Part shown: piece after piece, positions 1 through 10,304 of the stretch
How the letters are laid out: the number at the start of each line of letters is the position of its first letter
Numbering within the stretch: position 1 is the stretch's first letter
NCBI GenBank assembly: GCA_049971805.1
Contig: JBMFKU010000009.1
Span: 1 to 54,166 of the forward strand
DNA length: 54,166 nucleotides
Direction: 5' to 3'
From: Caldisphaera sp.
GTDB taxonomy: Archaea > Thermoproteota > Thermoprotei_A > Sulfolobales > Acidilobaceae
Program-made: the position numbers and the translations under genes
The notes under the pieces: model-generated
Databases searched by the model: none
What the model was told of the DNA's origin: nothing
The model's input: the letters and a program-made list of their open reading frames with translations, nothing else

Positions 1-138
1 ATAATTGTTGAGGGCATTGATCTAGAAAAGGTAGGTCAAACAGCAGCAAACATAGAATTGGCGACAAAAATAACTGAATTTGATAGGAGGAAGTTTATGG
101 ATGGAATTTACATATATGGAAGAGAGGTGATTGCATAA
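1..138 (+). CDS. rpl6: 50S ribosomal protein L6 (C-terminal part, truncated by window edge)
   Basis: Frame 1 reads [45 protein letters not shown], the L6 C-terminal signature (D.R.F.DGIY). Its TAA overlaps the rpl32e ATG (TAATG). Confidence 0.95.
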   Translation: MIVEGIDLEKVGQTAANIELATKITEFDRRKFMDGIYIYGREVIA

Positions 139-557
139 TGACTTCAAGAGAAGAGAATAAAGCAAAAATTAAAGTTATGCAAAGAAGAAAGGTTCAGAGC
201 TTAATAAAAGAAAAGAGGAGAGTCCACTTTATGAGATATTTATCATGGAGATTTAAGAGATTGCAAAAAGGTTGGAGGAAGCCCAAAGGAATAGATGCTA
301 AAATGAGACTGCAAAGAAAGGGCTATCCTCCAATAGTAAAGGTTGGATATAAAGGAAACAAATTTATTAGAGGATTGCATCCTTCTGGATTAATACCTGT
401 TGTTGTCTCTAGTGTTAAAGACTTAGAATCATTAAGCTCTGATGTACACATAGTTTATATTTCCTCGAGCGTAGGCATTAGAAAGAGGCTAACACTGCTA
501 GAGGCAGCTAAAAAAAGAAATTTAAAAATAGCTAATGGTGGTTCATATGGATTATAA
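138..557 (+). CDS. rpl32e: 50S ribosomal protein L32e
   Basis: WRKPKGID.KMR, GY, RGLHPSG motifs; position after L6; RBS GAGGTGA upstream. Confidence 0.96.
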   Translation: MTSREENKAKIKVMQRRKVQSLIKEKRRVHFMRYLSWRFKRLQKGWRKPKGIDAKMRLQRKGYPPIVKVGYKGNKFIRGLHPSGLIPVVVSSVKDLESLSSDVHIVYISSSVGIRKRLTLLEAAKKRNLKIANGGSYGL

Positions 558-1008
558 ATTACAGAAAAGGCTTGCCGCTGAGATATTAAAGGTTGGAGAA
601 AGTAGGGTTTGGATAAGTCCTGACCCAGAAAATGAAGAGGAAATTAGCCAGGCTATAACTAAGGATGATGTAAGAGGACTAATAGAGAGAGGTTTAATTA
701 AAGAATTACCTTTAAGAAGGAATTCTCATAGATGGCTAATTAGACACATAAAAAGGGTAAAAGGTCATCGTAGGGGATATGGTAAAAGGGAAGGTACTAA
801 AGATGCTAGAATAGATAGTGAAGAAATATGGGTAAATAAGATAAGAAAGATGAGAAATTATTTAAAATATCTTAGAGATAAAGACATGATAGATTCAAAA
901 ACCTATAGAAGATTATATAGGTTAGCAAAGGGTAACATGTTTAGGAGCTTGGCTGACTTGAGAAGGTATATAGAAGATAATAAATTGATAAAAGGTGCTA
1001 AATCATGA
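547..1008 (+). CDS. rpl19e: 50S ribosomal protein L19e
   Basis: QKRLAAEILKVGESRVW, GHRRGYGKREG, YRRLYRLAKG motifs. Start moved from 535 to ATG 547, which follows GGTGG. Confidence 0.96.
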   Translation: MDYKLQKRLAAEILKVGESRVWISPDPENEEEISQAITKDDVRGLIERGLIKELPLRRNSHRWLIRHIKRVKGHRRGYGKREGTKDARIDSEEIWVNKIRKMRNYLKYLRDKDMIDSKTYRRLYRLAKGNMFRSLADLRRYIEDNKLIKGAKS

Positions 1009-1634
1009 AAGAAGGTCCAAAGTATAAAGTTGCTTTAAAAAGGAGAAGGAAGGGTAAAACTAGTTATTATATGAGATATAAGTTAGTTATTTCTGGAAAG
1101 CCTAGATTGGTTGTAAGAAAAACAAACAAATACATATTAGTTCAATTCGTAAAGTTTGATGCCAATGGCGATATTGTAATAGCCGCAGCCCACAGCAAAG
1201 AATTATCAAAAATTTATGGATGGAAAGGCTATAGTAAAAATAATTGTGCAGCATATTTAACGGGTTATTTAGCTGCTTTAAGGGCTAAACAAAAAAGAGT
1301 AGAAGAAGCTATTTTAGATATAGGTTTGCAGTCTCCTATAAAAGGGAGCAGAATTTTTGCCTCATTAAAGGGTGCATTAGATGCTGGAGTTAATATACCA
1401 CACTCAGATGAAATATTACCATCTGATGATAAAATTAATTGCGAGATCATTTCAAAGTGGGCAAATGAATTAAAAGAAAAAAACCAGGAACTTTATAAGA
1501 GGCAATTTATGAAACAATTAGAGAGGTTGCCTCCAGAAGAGTTAGTAAAAAATTTCGTGGAGGTGCTGAATGCAATTAAGAGCGAACCAAGCAAAAAAAT
1601 AGGTGAAAAAATAAAGATGGGTGAAAATCAATGA
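1005..1634 (+). CDS. rpl18: 50S ribosomal protein L18
   Basis: [36 protein letters not shown] motifs. Confidence 0.96.
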   Translation: MKEGPKYKVALKRRRKGKTSYYMRYKLVISGKPRLVVRKTNKYILVQFVKFDANGDIVIAAAHSKELSKIYGWKGYSKNNCAAYLTGYLAALRAKQKRVEEAILDIGLQSPIKGSRIFASLKGALDAGVNIPHSDEILPSDDKINCEIISKWANELKEKNQELYKRQFMKQLERLPPEELVKNFVEVLNAIKSEPSKKIGEKIKMGENQ

Positions 1635-2260
1635 GCAATATACAAATAGTTGAATCTTGGGAACCCAAAACCCAAGTAGGAAAGATGGTAAAGGAGGGAA
1701 AAATTACAAGCATTGATGAAATATTTAAGAGAAACCTACCAATTTTAGAACCTGAAATAGTTGATACTTTATTACCTAATCTGCAAGTAGAGGTATTAGA
1801 TGTAACATTAGTCCAAAAGATGACTGATGCGGGCAGGATAGCTAGATATAGGGCAACAGTTGCTGTAGGAAATAGAAATGGTTATATAGGGGTTGGAAAA
1901 AGTAAGGCAAAGCAATTCAGAGATTCTATAGATAAAGCTATTAGAAATGCAAAGCTTAACATAACACCAATAAGAAGGGGTTGTGGTAGTTGGGAATGCA
2001 CGTGTGGAGAACCTCATAGTGTACCCTTTACAGCAGCTGGTAAAAGTGGTAGCGTGGCCATAGTATTAAAGCCAGCACCTAAAGGAACAGGGTTGGTAGC
2101 TGGAGATGTGGCAAAAAAAGTTTTAGCACTAGCTGGAATTAGAGATGTATGGACAAAAACTTTTGGCGAAACTAGGACATCATATAACTTTGCTAGAGCA
2201 ACATATATGGCGCTAAGAAATACATTTAGAACAGTTACACCAATGGATTGGACAAGGTGA
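1631..2260 (+). CDS. rps5: 30S ribosomal protein S5
   Basis: [44 protein letters not shown] motifs. Confidence 0.97.
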   Translation: MSNIQIVESWEPKTQVGKMVKEGKITSIDEIFKRNLPILEPEIVDTLLPNLQVEVLDVTLVQKMTDAGRIARYRATVAVGNRNGYIGVGKSKAKQFRDSIDKAIRNAKLNITPIRRGCGSWECTCGEPHSVPFTAAGKSGSVAIVLKPAPKGTGLVAGDVAKKVLALAGIRDVWTKTFGETRTSYNFARATYMALRNTFRTVTPMDWTR

Positions 2261-2266
2261 ATTAGT

Positions 2267-2737
2267 TTGGTATATGCTATAATAAGGATAAAAGGATCTA
2301 TAGGTATAGACCCCAAGGTAGAAAGGGTTTTAGATGATCTAAGGCTAAGAAGAAATTTTGTTGCTGTTTTGTATCCAGAAAGTTTAAATGGGATAAAAAA
2401 TTTATTAAAAGAAGGTCAATCAGCAATAACATGGGGAGAGATAGATAAAGATGCGTTAATAGAATTAATTAAACGAAGAGGCAGATTTGTTGGAGACAAA
2501 CCAATTACAGATGATCTATTAAAAGAAAAATTTGGATTTGGTATTGAGAATTTTGCAGATAAGATAATTAAAGAAGAATTGTATTATCACAAATTAGAAA
2601 ATAAGGGGATTAAGCCATTCTTTAGATTGCATCCACCAAGCGGGGGATTTAAATTGTCATTAAAGAGGCTATATCCTCAAGGGGAATTGGGTTATAGAGG
2701 TAAATTAATTAATAATTTAATACTTAATATGGCTTAA
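2267..2737 (+). CDS. rpl30: 50S ribosomal protein L30
   Basis: TTG start after GGTGA; ITWGEID and FRLHPP.GG...GELGYRG..IN.LI motifs. Confidence 0.95.
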   Translation: MVYAIIRIKGSIGIDPKVERVLDDLRLRRNFVAVLYPESLNGIKNLLKEGQSAITWGEIDKDALIELIKRRGRFVGDKPITDDLLKEKFGFGIENFADKIIKEELYYHKLENKGIKPFFRLHPPSGGFKLSLKRLYPQGELGYRGKLINNLILNMA

Positions 2738-2785
2738 GCAAATTTATTTTTAACTCTGAGAAGTATTATGATTGAGGGTGAAAAA

Positions 2786-3298
2786 ATGGCATTAACTGCA
2801 AGGACAAGGAAGAAATCAAGGAAATTAAGAGGAAGGTCTAGGTCAATGGGTTGGGGCAGAGTAGGTCAACATAGAAAATCTGGAAGCAAAGGTGGAACAG
2901 GAGGTTCTGGTATGAACAAACATAGAAAATCGTGGATGCTTAAATATTATCCGAACTGGTTTGGTGCAAAGGGTTTTATAACTACTAGAAATAGACTAAT
3001 CCATAAAAAAGAATCAATAAATATAAGAGATTTATCAAATTTATTATACAATTTAAAGAAACAAAATAAGGTAAGCATTGAAGGGGATAAATATGTTATA
3101 GATCTTAAAAAATTTGGATTTGACAAGCTTATAGGTCAAGGAAGTATATATGAAAGAGTAAAGGTAATAGTTAAAGAAGCATCTAAAAAGGCTATTGAAA
3201 AGATAAAGGAATCAGGAGGAGAAGTTATAATAGAGGAAAAAGTAGAAGAGGAGAAAGAAGGAAAAGGAAAGGAAAATAAAGAAGAGGAAAGCTCTTGA
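2786..3298 (+). CDS. rpl15: 50S ribosomal protein L15
   Basis: RKLRG..SMGWGRVGQHRKSG..GG.G motif. Start placed at ATG 2786 after GAGGGTGA. Acidic C-terminal tail. Confidence 0.95.
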   Translation: MALTARTRKKSRKLRGRSRSMGWGRVGQHRKSGSKGGTGGSGMNKHRKSWMLKYYPNWFGAKGFITTRNRLIHKKESINIRDLSNLLYNLKKQNKVSIEGDKYVIDLKKFGFDKLIGQGSIYERVKVIVKEASKKAIEKIKESGGEVIIEEKVEEEKEGKGKENKEEESS

Positions 3299-3870
3299 GT
3301 TTTTTAAAGAGTAGTTTACATCCAGTTATTTCTAATTTTATAGATAGCAAAAAATTTATAGTGATTTATGGCCCTCCAGCAACTGGAAAAACTCATTTAG
3401 CATTCGAAGTTGTTAAATATTTATTATCGAAAAGTCTTAAGGTTTCGTTTATTGCAACAGAATCTTCTACGTTAACCTTTGCAAGGCATGTTTATAATGA
3501 TTTAAATATAAGAGCTGTTATAACTAAAGAACAATTATTAAAGGAAGTTATTTTATCAACATTAAGCAACGAATTCATAGTAATAGATTCAATTAATTGG
3601 CTCTTCAGATCATTTAATGATGAAACTGCTGAAAAAGAGCTATCATTTATATCATCTCTATTAAGCTTGATGGGTGGATTTGCTACTGGTCAAATATCTG
3701 AAATAGATGAGGAAAGCAAGATGTCAATGGATACATGGGTTCTACCATGGGTTAAGGTTGTGGGAATAACAAAAAAGTTTAAGGAGGGATTAATTGAATT
3801 AAAAATTGAGAGACCAATAAATTTGGTGCTTGAATATAGAATTACAAGAGATGGTGTGATGTGGATATAG
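3295..3870 (+). CDS. RecA/RadB-like P-loop ATPase
   Basis: Walker A IYGPPATGKT, FIATE strand and Walker B FIVIDS in RecA-superfamily spacing; single domain, 191 aa. Confidence 0.7.
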   Translation: MSFLKSSLHPVISNFIDSKKFIVIYGPPATGKTHLAFEVVKYLLSKSLKVSFIATESSTLTFARHVYNDLNIRAVITKEQLLKEVILSTLSNEFIVIDSINWLFRSFNDETAEKELSFISSLLSLMGGFATGQISEIDEESKMSMDTWVLPWVKVVGITKKFKEGLIELKIERPINLVLEYRITRDGVMWI

Positions 3871-4373
3871 TATCATTTTGTATCGACTTGCTTAAAGTAT
3901 TCATATATGTTATACCGGCAATGGTAGCAAATGGTACCCCAGTTGTAATTCATGGATTACCTCCTATAGATATGAATAAAAAATGGAGAGATGGAAGAAG
4001 AGTTTTTGGAGATGGAAAGACTTGGGGAGGATTTTTAGCTGGAATTGTTGGAGGAACGATAATAGGAGGTATTGAAAGCGCAATAATTTGGAATAATATT
4101 TTATTACCGTCTTTTGTTTCATCTTTGGGAGCTCTATTAGGAGACTTAATGGCTTCTTTTATTAAAAGAAGGCTTGGTCTGCAAAGAGGAGCTCCCGCAC
4201 CTCTATTGGATCAACTAGATTTTTATGTAGGGTCATTAGTTTTCTTATATGTGTTTTTAAGGATATCATTTAATATTTATGCCATATTATTGTTTGCATT
4301 GTTAATTTATTTACTTCATAGAGCAACAAACTATACTGCATATAAGCTCGGTTTAAAGAGTGTACCATGGTAA
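3861..4373 (+). CDS. carS: CDP-archaeol synthase (CDP-2,3-bis-O-geranylgeranyl-sn-glycerol synthase)
   Basis: PAMVANGTPV, DGRRVFGDGKTWGG, GDL.ASFIKRRLG..RG.PAP.LDQLDF motifs; hydrophobic helices; ends in KSVPW. Confidence 0.93.
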   Translation: MDIVSFCIDLLKVFIYVIPAMVANGTPVVIHGLPPIDMNKKWRDGRRVFGDGKTWGGFLAGIVGGTIIGGIESAIIWNNILLPSFVSSLGALLGDLMASFIKRRLGLQRGAPAPLLDQLDFYVGSLVFLYVFLRISFNIYAILLFALLIYLLHRATNYTAYKLGLKSVPW

Positions 4374-4460
4374 AACAAAGGTAGTTGTAAGAATTTTATA
4401 TTTCATAATATGAAAGATTTATAAGTATTAGAATTTATAGTATTTGCATGGTGCATTTTT

Positions 4461-5612
4461 ATGTCAGAAAAAACTGGAGAGAAGGTAACATTAAGTGTTA
4501 TAAAAGCAGATATAGGAAGTTTAGCGGGTCATCATAAAGTACATCCAGATACCATGCTTGCAGCAACTAGGGTTTTGGCAGAGGCAAAAAAGAATGGCAC
4601 AATAGTAGATTTTTATGTTACTGCAGTTGGAGATGACTTGCAATTAATTATGACTCACAAGAAAGGTATTAATAATAAAGATGTTCATTCAACAGCGTGG
4701 AATGCTTTTGAGGAAGCAACAAAGATTGCAAAAGAATTGGGATTATATGCTGCAGGGCAAGATTTGCTTAGTGACTCATTTAGCGGTAATGTCAGAGGCA
4801 TGGGCCCAGGAGTTGCAGAAATGGAATTTAATGAAAGACCCGCAGAACCACTTGTTGTATTTATGGCAGATAAGACAGAGCCCGGAGCATTTAATATGCC
4901 TCTATATAAGATATTTGCAGATCCTTTTAATACAGCTGGCTTGGTTATAGATCCAAGAATGCATGACGGATTTATTTTTACAGTATTAGATATTTATGAA
5001 GGAAAGGTTATTGATTTAGATGTTCCAAAAGAAGTCTATGATTTGTTGGCATTGATTGGCACTCCATCAAGATATGTGGTTAAATATGTACATAGAAAAG
5101 ATGGTGAAATAGCTTCAACAATGAGTTCTGAAAGATTGAATCTAATAGCTGGTAAGTACATAGGGAAAGACGATCCAGTTATGGTAGTTAGAGCACAAAG
5201 TGGATTTCCAGCATTAGGAGAAATATTAGAACCATTTAGTTTTCCGCATCTAGTAGCAGGATGGATGAGAGGGAGCCATACAGGTCCACTAATGCCTGTA
5301 GGGATAAAAGATGCTAAAATGACTAGATTTGATGGTCCTCCAAGGGTTGCAGGGTTAGGATTTAATATAAAGAATGGAAATTTGATTGGGCCTACCGATC
5401 TTTTTGATGATGTTGCATATGATGAAACCAGGAGGCAGGCTCAAATAATAGCAGAATACATGAGAAGACATGGCCCGTTTATGCCTCATAGATTAGGTCC
5501 AGAGGAAATGGAATACACAACTTTACCTGATGTGCTAAAAAGATTGGAGAATAAATTTAAGCCATTTGAGCTAGGATATAAGCCAATAATCAGGCATGAT
5601 TTAGAAGCTTAA
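4461..5612 (+). CDS. fbp: Fructose-1,6-bisphosphate aldolase/phosphatase (class V FBPase)
   Basis: SVIKADIGS..GH, GLY.AGQDLL.D.FSGN, DKTEPGAFN, GKDDP, GWMRGSH.GPLMP motifs. Confidence 0.97.
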   Translation: MSEKTGEKVTLSVIKADIGSLAGHHKVHPDTMLAATRVLAEAKKNGTIVDFYVTAVGDDLQLIMTHKKGINNKDVHSTAWNAFEEATKIAKELGLYAAGQDLLSDSFSGNVRGMGPGVAEMEFNERPAEPLVVFMADKTEPGAFNMPLYKIFADPFNTAGLVIDPRMHDGFIFTVLDIYEGKVIDLDVPKEVYDLLALIGTPSRYVVKYVHRKDGEIASTMSSERLNLIAGKYIGKDDPVMVVRAQSGFPALGEILEPFSFPHLVAGWMRGSHTGPLMPVGIKDAKMTRFDGPPRVAGLGFNIKNGNLIGPTDLFDDVAYDETRRQAQIIAEYMRRHGPFMPHRLGPEEMEYTTLPDVLKRLENKFKPFELGYKPIIRHDLEA

Positions 5613-5617
5613 ATAAA

Positions 5618-5650
5618 CTTTTAAATTAATTTTTATTTTATTTTTTTTTA
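5618..5650 (+). terminator. Oligo-T tract, probable archaeal terminator of fbp
   Basis: Several T runs, including ...TTTTATTTTATTTTTTTTT, shortly after the fbp stop codon. Confidence 0.45.
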
Positions 5651-5750
5651 AAAAGTTAATCTAGTAATTTTCTTAAATAAGGATATATTTAGTTGATAGC
5701 ATTTTAATATTTAACTTCTTCCTATTCTCATTATAGTGGGTGATATATCT

Positions 5751-6422
5751 ATGAAATCTATATTGGCTGTGAATTTTAAGGCATACGATACTGCTTTTAA
5801 TGATGTTTCATTAGAGTTAGCGAAGACTTCTAACACCTTATCCTCAAAGTTAAGTAATGTAAGAATAATTTTAGCGGTTCCATCATATACAGTAGAAAAA
5901 ATTTATCCTTATTACAATGATATATATTTGCAGCATTTAGACCCTTTTGATATAGGTGCAAAGACTGGTTTTCTGCCAGCAGAATCTATTAAATACATGC
6001 AAGTAAAAGGTTCAATAATAAATCATAGTGAACATAAACTTGTTTATAGAGATATAGAAAGAATAGTTAAAGTATTAAGAAACTCAAATAAAGAATCTCT
6101 AGTATGTGCAGATACTGCCGGAGAAGCTGCTGGCATATCGTATTTAAAGCCTGATATGGTTGCTGTTGAGCCACCAGAGCTGATAGGCTCTGGTATTCCA
6201 GTTTCTAAGGCCAAACCTGAAATAATAACCGAGTCTATAAAAGCCGTTAAAGCTATAAATGATATACCTGTTCTAGCTGGAGCAGGAATTACTCTACCAG
6301 AAGATGCAACAAAGGCTTTAGAATTAGGGGCTTCAGGAATTCTAATTGCAAGTGCAATAATGAAGGCAAAAGAACCAAATAAAATATTAATTGATTTTGC
6401 TGAGGCAATGAACAGTATTTAA
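5751..6422 (+). CDS. tpiA: Triosephosphate isomerase (archaeal type)
   Basis: AVNFKAY, INHSEH, AVEPPELIGSG, GAGI motifs. ATG 5751 follows GGGTGA. Confidence 0.96.
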   Translation: MKSILAVNFKAYDTAFNDVSLELAKTSNTLSSKLSNVRIILAVPSYTVEKIYPYYNDIYLQHLDPFDIGAKTGFLPAESIKYMQVKGSIINHSEHKLVYRDIERIVKVLRNSNKESLVCADTAGEAAGISYLKPDMVAVEPPELIGSGIPVSKAKPEIITESIKAVKAINDIPVLAGAGITLPEDATKALELGASGILIASAIMKAKEPNKILIDFAEAMNSI

Positions 6423-6429
6423 ATTTAAT

Positions 6430-6786
6430 TTAAATTCTTTGTTTTTGTTTTAATAGGGTTTCTGCTTCATCTAAATTCTTTCTGCAATCGCCAAGCATAT
6501 CTAGTAATTTTCCTGTGTTTATTTTAACTAATTTTCTTGGTCTACCTCTTCCTTCAACCTTTAGCTTGCTTGTTTCTACGATACCTAAACCCGCTAAATC
6601 GTTTACTACTCTTAATATTAATGGGTAACTAACGTTTAATACCTTGGTTAAATCCCTAACACTTAGTTCCTTTTTATCTAATAGATATTCCAGTATTTGG
6701 GCTGCTAGATCATAATCAGGAACTGAAATACATTGTATCAAAGACTTTATAGGTTTTTCTTCTTTATTGATTTCCACGTTTTTCAC
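6430..6786 (-). CDS. Winged helix-turn-helix transcriptional regulator
   Basis: LSVRDLTKVLNVSYPLILRVVNDLAGLGIV HTH pattern followed by a GRGRPRK wing. Confidence 0.75.
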   Translation of the reverse strand: MKNVEINKEEKPIKSLIQCISVPDYDLAAQILEYLLDKKELSVRDLTKVLNVSYPLILRVVNDLAGLGIVETSKLKVEGRGRPRKLVKINTGKLLDMLGDCRKNLDEAETLLKQKQRI

Positions 6787-6898
6787 CTGGTTATAATACT
6801 TATTTCTAATATTTAAAAATTTTTCCTTTTTTAAAACAAAATAACAGTTATTAGTGTTTTTAAAAAGTATTATTAATCTAATAAAGCAATTATATTAA

Positions 6899-7930
6899 CT
6901 ATTTATATAATTTTATTGCCTGTTCTCCTATGTAATCCAATAAAACCTCTCTTGCACCTTCGCCAATATCTAAAACTCTTGAATCTCTGGCCAATCTTTC
7001 AACTAAGGTTCCAGCGCTTAGTCCTTTCCCTCCAAGTAACTGAACCCCAATCCATGTTGCTCTTTGCGCTATTTCTGCTCCAATGACTTTAGATATAGCT
7101 GCATCTAGTGGATCCAAATTATTACTATTTTTAATTTTTTCTAATGCTTTGTTAATAAACAATTCTAATAATCTGATTTTCGTCTCTATTTCAGCAAACA
7201 TCCATTTAACAGATTGGTATTCGGAAAGTTCTTTACCAAATATTTTTTTGCTTATAGCTGATTTTCCTAGTTCATTTAATATACTTTCAGATATCCCTAA
7301 ACCTATTGAACCATAACCTAATCTACCATAGTTTATTAATTCTAGAGCCTCTCTCAAGCCTTTACCAGGTTGTCCCACTCTCTTTGCTTTTGTATTTTCA
7401 TAAAAAACTTGGCAAATCCCTGCACCTCTGAAACTAATCAGTTCCATGGGCTTTACTTTTATGTTGCTTTGCCTTTCAGCTAAATATAATGTTGGTCCTT
7501 GAGGTCCTTGAGCAAGTATAATAAAATGGGTTGCATATAATGCGTTACTTCCAAAAATCTTTTCTCCATTAATTATTGCACTTCCTTCTTGATTTTCTTC
7601 AGCAATAGTTTTTAAATTAGCTTTTACATCAGTTCCCCCACCAGGCTCAGTTATGGTAGTTGAAAAAACTGAGTTATCAAGACCTAATTTATAAGAACCT
7701 ATACCACTTATCATTATTATGTGCGCAATAGCTGGGCTGTATCTTGATGTTAATCTAACAGCATGATAAAGGGATTCTAGTCCATATTTTCTTAAGCTAA
7801 ATAGCCCTTCCTTCTTCATTTTTTCTAAAAAGTCTCTCGGTACTTCATTTTTGGTATCAGTTTCTGATGTAATTTTAGGAACCTCATTGCTCAAAAAATT
7901 AATTATGTTTTCAGGCAAAATAGTAGACAT
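6899..7930 (-). CDS. Acyl-CoA dehydrogenase family protein (short, divergent)
   Basis: TEPGGGTD, INGEKIF, GVQLLGGKG, ERLARDSRVLDIGEGAREV motifs. Confidence 0.9.
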   Translation of the reverse strand: MSTILPENIINFLSNEVPKITSETDTKNEVPRDFLEKMKKEGLFSLRKYGLESLYHAVRLTSRYSPAIAHIIMISGIGSYKLGLDNSVFSTTITEPGGGTDVKANLKTIAEENQEGSAIINGEKIFGSNALYATHFIILAQGPQGPTLYLAERQSNIKVKPMELISFRGAGICQVFYENTKAKRVGQPGKGLREALELINYGRLGYGSIGLGISESILNELGKSAISKKIFGKELSEYQSVKWMFAEIETKIRLLELFINKALEKIKNSNNLDPLDAAISKVIGAEIAQRATWIGVQLLGGKGLSAGTLVERLARDSRVLDIGEGAREVLLDYIGEQAIKLYK

Positions 7931-8117
7931 ACACTCACCAATTCTTTTTTATTTTAAAAGGTTATTAAATTTGGTATCTATTGAATTTATATTGTTTTAT
8001 GGTTTGAATTAAGATTTTTATTTTTATCGTTTTAATTTTATAATTATTTTTAACTCTAATAAACTTATACAAATTTTTAAAGGCCTGGTTACAAGATATT
8101 CTTTAGGGTGATTTAGT

Positions 8118-8633
8118 ATGCCAATGAGACCAGGAAGATGCTATTCACATATAACAAGCCAGCCATATACAAGGAAAGAATATATACACGGAGCACCTCA
8201 GCCTAAAATAACAAAATTTGAGATAGGAAATAAAGAATTGTTAAGAAATTATGAAGTAAAGCTAGAGTTAATTTCTTTGGAAAGAGGTCAAATAAGGTCT
8301 AATGCCTTGGAATCAGCTAGAGTTATGACTAGCAAGTATTTATCAACTACAGTTGGTGATTCCAATTATTATATGAGAATGCCTAAATACCCGCATCAAG
8401 TAATAAGAGAAAATAAGATGATGGCTTTTGCTGGAGCAGACAGATTACAAGATGGAATGAGGTTATCGTTTGGTACTCCTGTAGGTGTTGCCGCTATAAT
8501 TGATAATGGAGACAGGCTAATAGAAATATGGGGGAAGAAAAGCAATATTGAAGCTTTAAAGGAAGCTTTAAGAAGGGGTGCTTCTAAACTTCCTTTAAAG
8601 ACAAGAATTATTATCCTTGAAAGCAAGCAATAA
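8118..8633 (+). CDS. rpl10e: 50S ribosomal protein L10e (uL16)
   Basis: [40 protein letters not shown] motifs. Confidence 0.97.
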   Translation: MPMRPGRCYSHITSQPYTRKEYIHGAPQPKITKFEIGNKELLRNYEVKLELISLERGQIRSNALESARVMTSKYLSTTVGDSNYYMRMPKYPHQVIRENKMMAFAGADRLQDGMRLSFGTPVGVAAIIDNGDRLIEIWGKKSNIEALKEALRRGASKLPLKTRIIILESKQ

Positions 8634-8647
8634 TAGGAGATTAAATA

Positions 8648-9682
8648 ATGCCAACTTATTTAGATTGTAACATACCATATACTTTAGTCTTTCCAGACGT
8701 AGATATAAAAGGCAAAACCGCATTGATTCAGCTACCAGATGGTATGAAACAGTTTTCTTTGCAAATAACAAAGTGTGTAAAAGAAAGATTTTCAATAGAT
8801 TCAATAATTAGCATAGAAAATACTTATGGTGCATGCGATCTTCAATATAATCAAATATTTAAAATAATAAAACCTGATTTAATAATGCATATAGGTCACT
8901 CTCCGTATCCAGAATACCTAGCAAGTAAATCAGTAAATCCAGATAATAGAAATTGGCAAATTATTTATGTTAAGGCATTAAGCAAGCTTCAGCTTACTGA
9001 AGAAATTATAGATAAAGCATCAGAGCTATTGAAAGAAAAGAGTTTAAGAACAATATCAATAGCTTTGACTTCACAACACACACATCTATATAGTTTTTTA
9101 TATAATGAACTAGAAAAAAGGGGATTTAAAGTAAAAAAATCTAATGGGTTTCAACCATATTATGAACCGGGTCAAATTTTAGGGTGCGATTTTAGGGCAT
9201 CTATTTTTAGGGATTCTGAAGGATATGTCTTTTTAGGAGGAGGAGAATTTCATCCGTTGGGTTTATATTTAGCTACATTAAAGCCAGTTATACAAATTGA
9301 TTTGTATTCTAATAGGGTTGTTGATTTTACTCCTATTGGTTATAAATATTATAAACAAAGGTTATTTAAAGTTTCGCAAGCAATGGATGCAAATCATTGG
9401 GGAATTATAATAGGTTTGAAAACCGGACAATATAGACCATATATTATTAATATTATAATCAAGATGCTTAAAGGTAAGGATTATGTTCTTCTCTTAGCAG
9501 AAAATATAAATGAATTGTCATTAAGATCTATAGATAATGATTGGTTTGACGCATTTGCTATTACCAGCTGCCCAAGAATACCTATAGATGATCTTTTATA
9601 TTATGATAAACCAATTTTAACTCCTGGAGAAGCTTATATGGCATTAAATAAGAAATTAGATAGATATTTGTTCCCGTGGTAA
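8648..9682 (+). CDS. dph2: Diphthamide biosynthesis radical-SAM enzyme Dph2 (2-(3-amino-3-carboxypropyl)histidine synthase)
   Basis: QLPDG, YGACD, HIGHS, GQILGC, GG.FH, CPRIPIDD, PILTP.E motifs; three cluster cysteines. Confidence 0.93.
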   Translation: MPTYLDCNIPYTLVFPDVDIKGKTALIQLPDGMKQFSLQITKCVKERFSIDSIISIENTYGACDLQYNQIFKIIKPDLIMHIGHSPYPEYLASKSVNPDNRNWQIIYVKALSKLQLTEEIIDKASELLKEKSLRTISIALTSQHTHLYSFLYNELEKRGFKVKKSNGFQPYYEPGQILGCDFRASIFRDSEGYVFLGGGEFHPLGLYLATLKPVIQIDLYSNRVVDFTPIGYKYYKQRLFKVSQAMDANHWGIIIGLKTGQYRPYIINIIIKMLKGKDYVLLLAENINELSLRSIDNDWFDAFAITSCPRIPIDDLLYYDKPILTPGEAYMALNKKLDRYLFPW

Positions 9683-9683
9683 A

Positions 9684-10304
9684 ATGATTGGTAATTTAAA
9701 AGTTTTAATTGAAAAGGAGATACCAAAGATAACTAATCCAAAGAGAGAGCTAGAGCAATACTCTACTCCTTCAGAACTGATACTTGATATGATTCAAGAC
9801 TCATATCTTTCTGGGTTATTAGAAAATTCGATTACAATGGATTTAGGAGCTGGAACTTGCAGGATAGCTATTGCTTCTCTTTTAATGGGTGCTTTAAAGT
9901 CTATTGCCTTAGAGATAGATGATAGATTTTATCACGATTGTATGGGCTCTGTTAAAAAATTTAATTTAGAGGGAAGGCTTATATTTATAAAGACATATGT
10001 AAATAAGAATTTAGGATTGATTAAAGAAGGTTCAATTGATATTATCTTTATGAACCCGCCCTTTGGTATTTGGAAAAGAAATGCTGACACTGAATTTTTG
10101 GAGTTTGCGTTTTCGAAAAAACCAAATAAAGTTTATTCTATACTTAAGTCAGGAAATATAAGCTACCACACAAAACTTAGTTCTAAGTGGGGGTACAGGC
10201 TGAGACTAATTAAGAGTAGGAAATTCCCGATAGTAGCCTCTATGGCTCATCATAGAAGTAGAATTAGGAGGGTAAAAGTGGATGTCATATTATTTGAAAG
10301 ATAG
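9684..10304 (+). CDS. METTL5-family SAM-dependent (N6-adenine type) methyltransferase
   Basis: LEQYSTP, DLGAGT and MNPPFG motifs; usual neighbour of dph2 and csl4. Confidence 0.88.
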   Translation: MIGNLKVLIEKEIPKITNPKRELEQYSTPSELILDMIQDSYLSGLLENSITMDLGAGTCRIAIASLLMGALKSIALEIDDRFYHDCMGSVKKFNLEGRLIFIKTYVNKNLGLIKEGSIDIIFMNPPFGIWKRNADTEFLEFAFSKKPNKVYSILKSGNISYHTKLSSKWGYRLRLIKSRKFPIVASMAHHRSRIRRVKVDVILFER

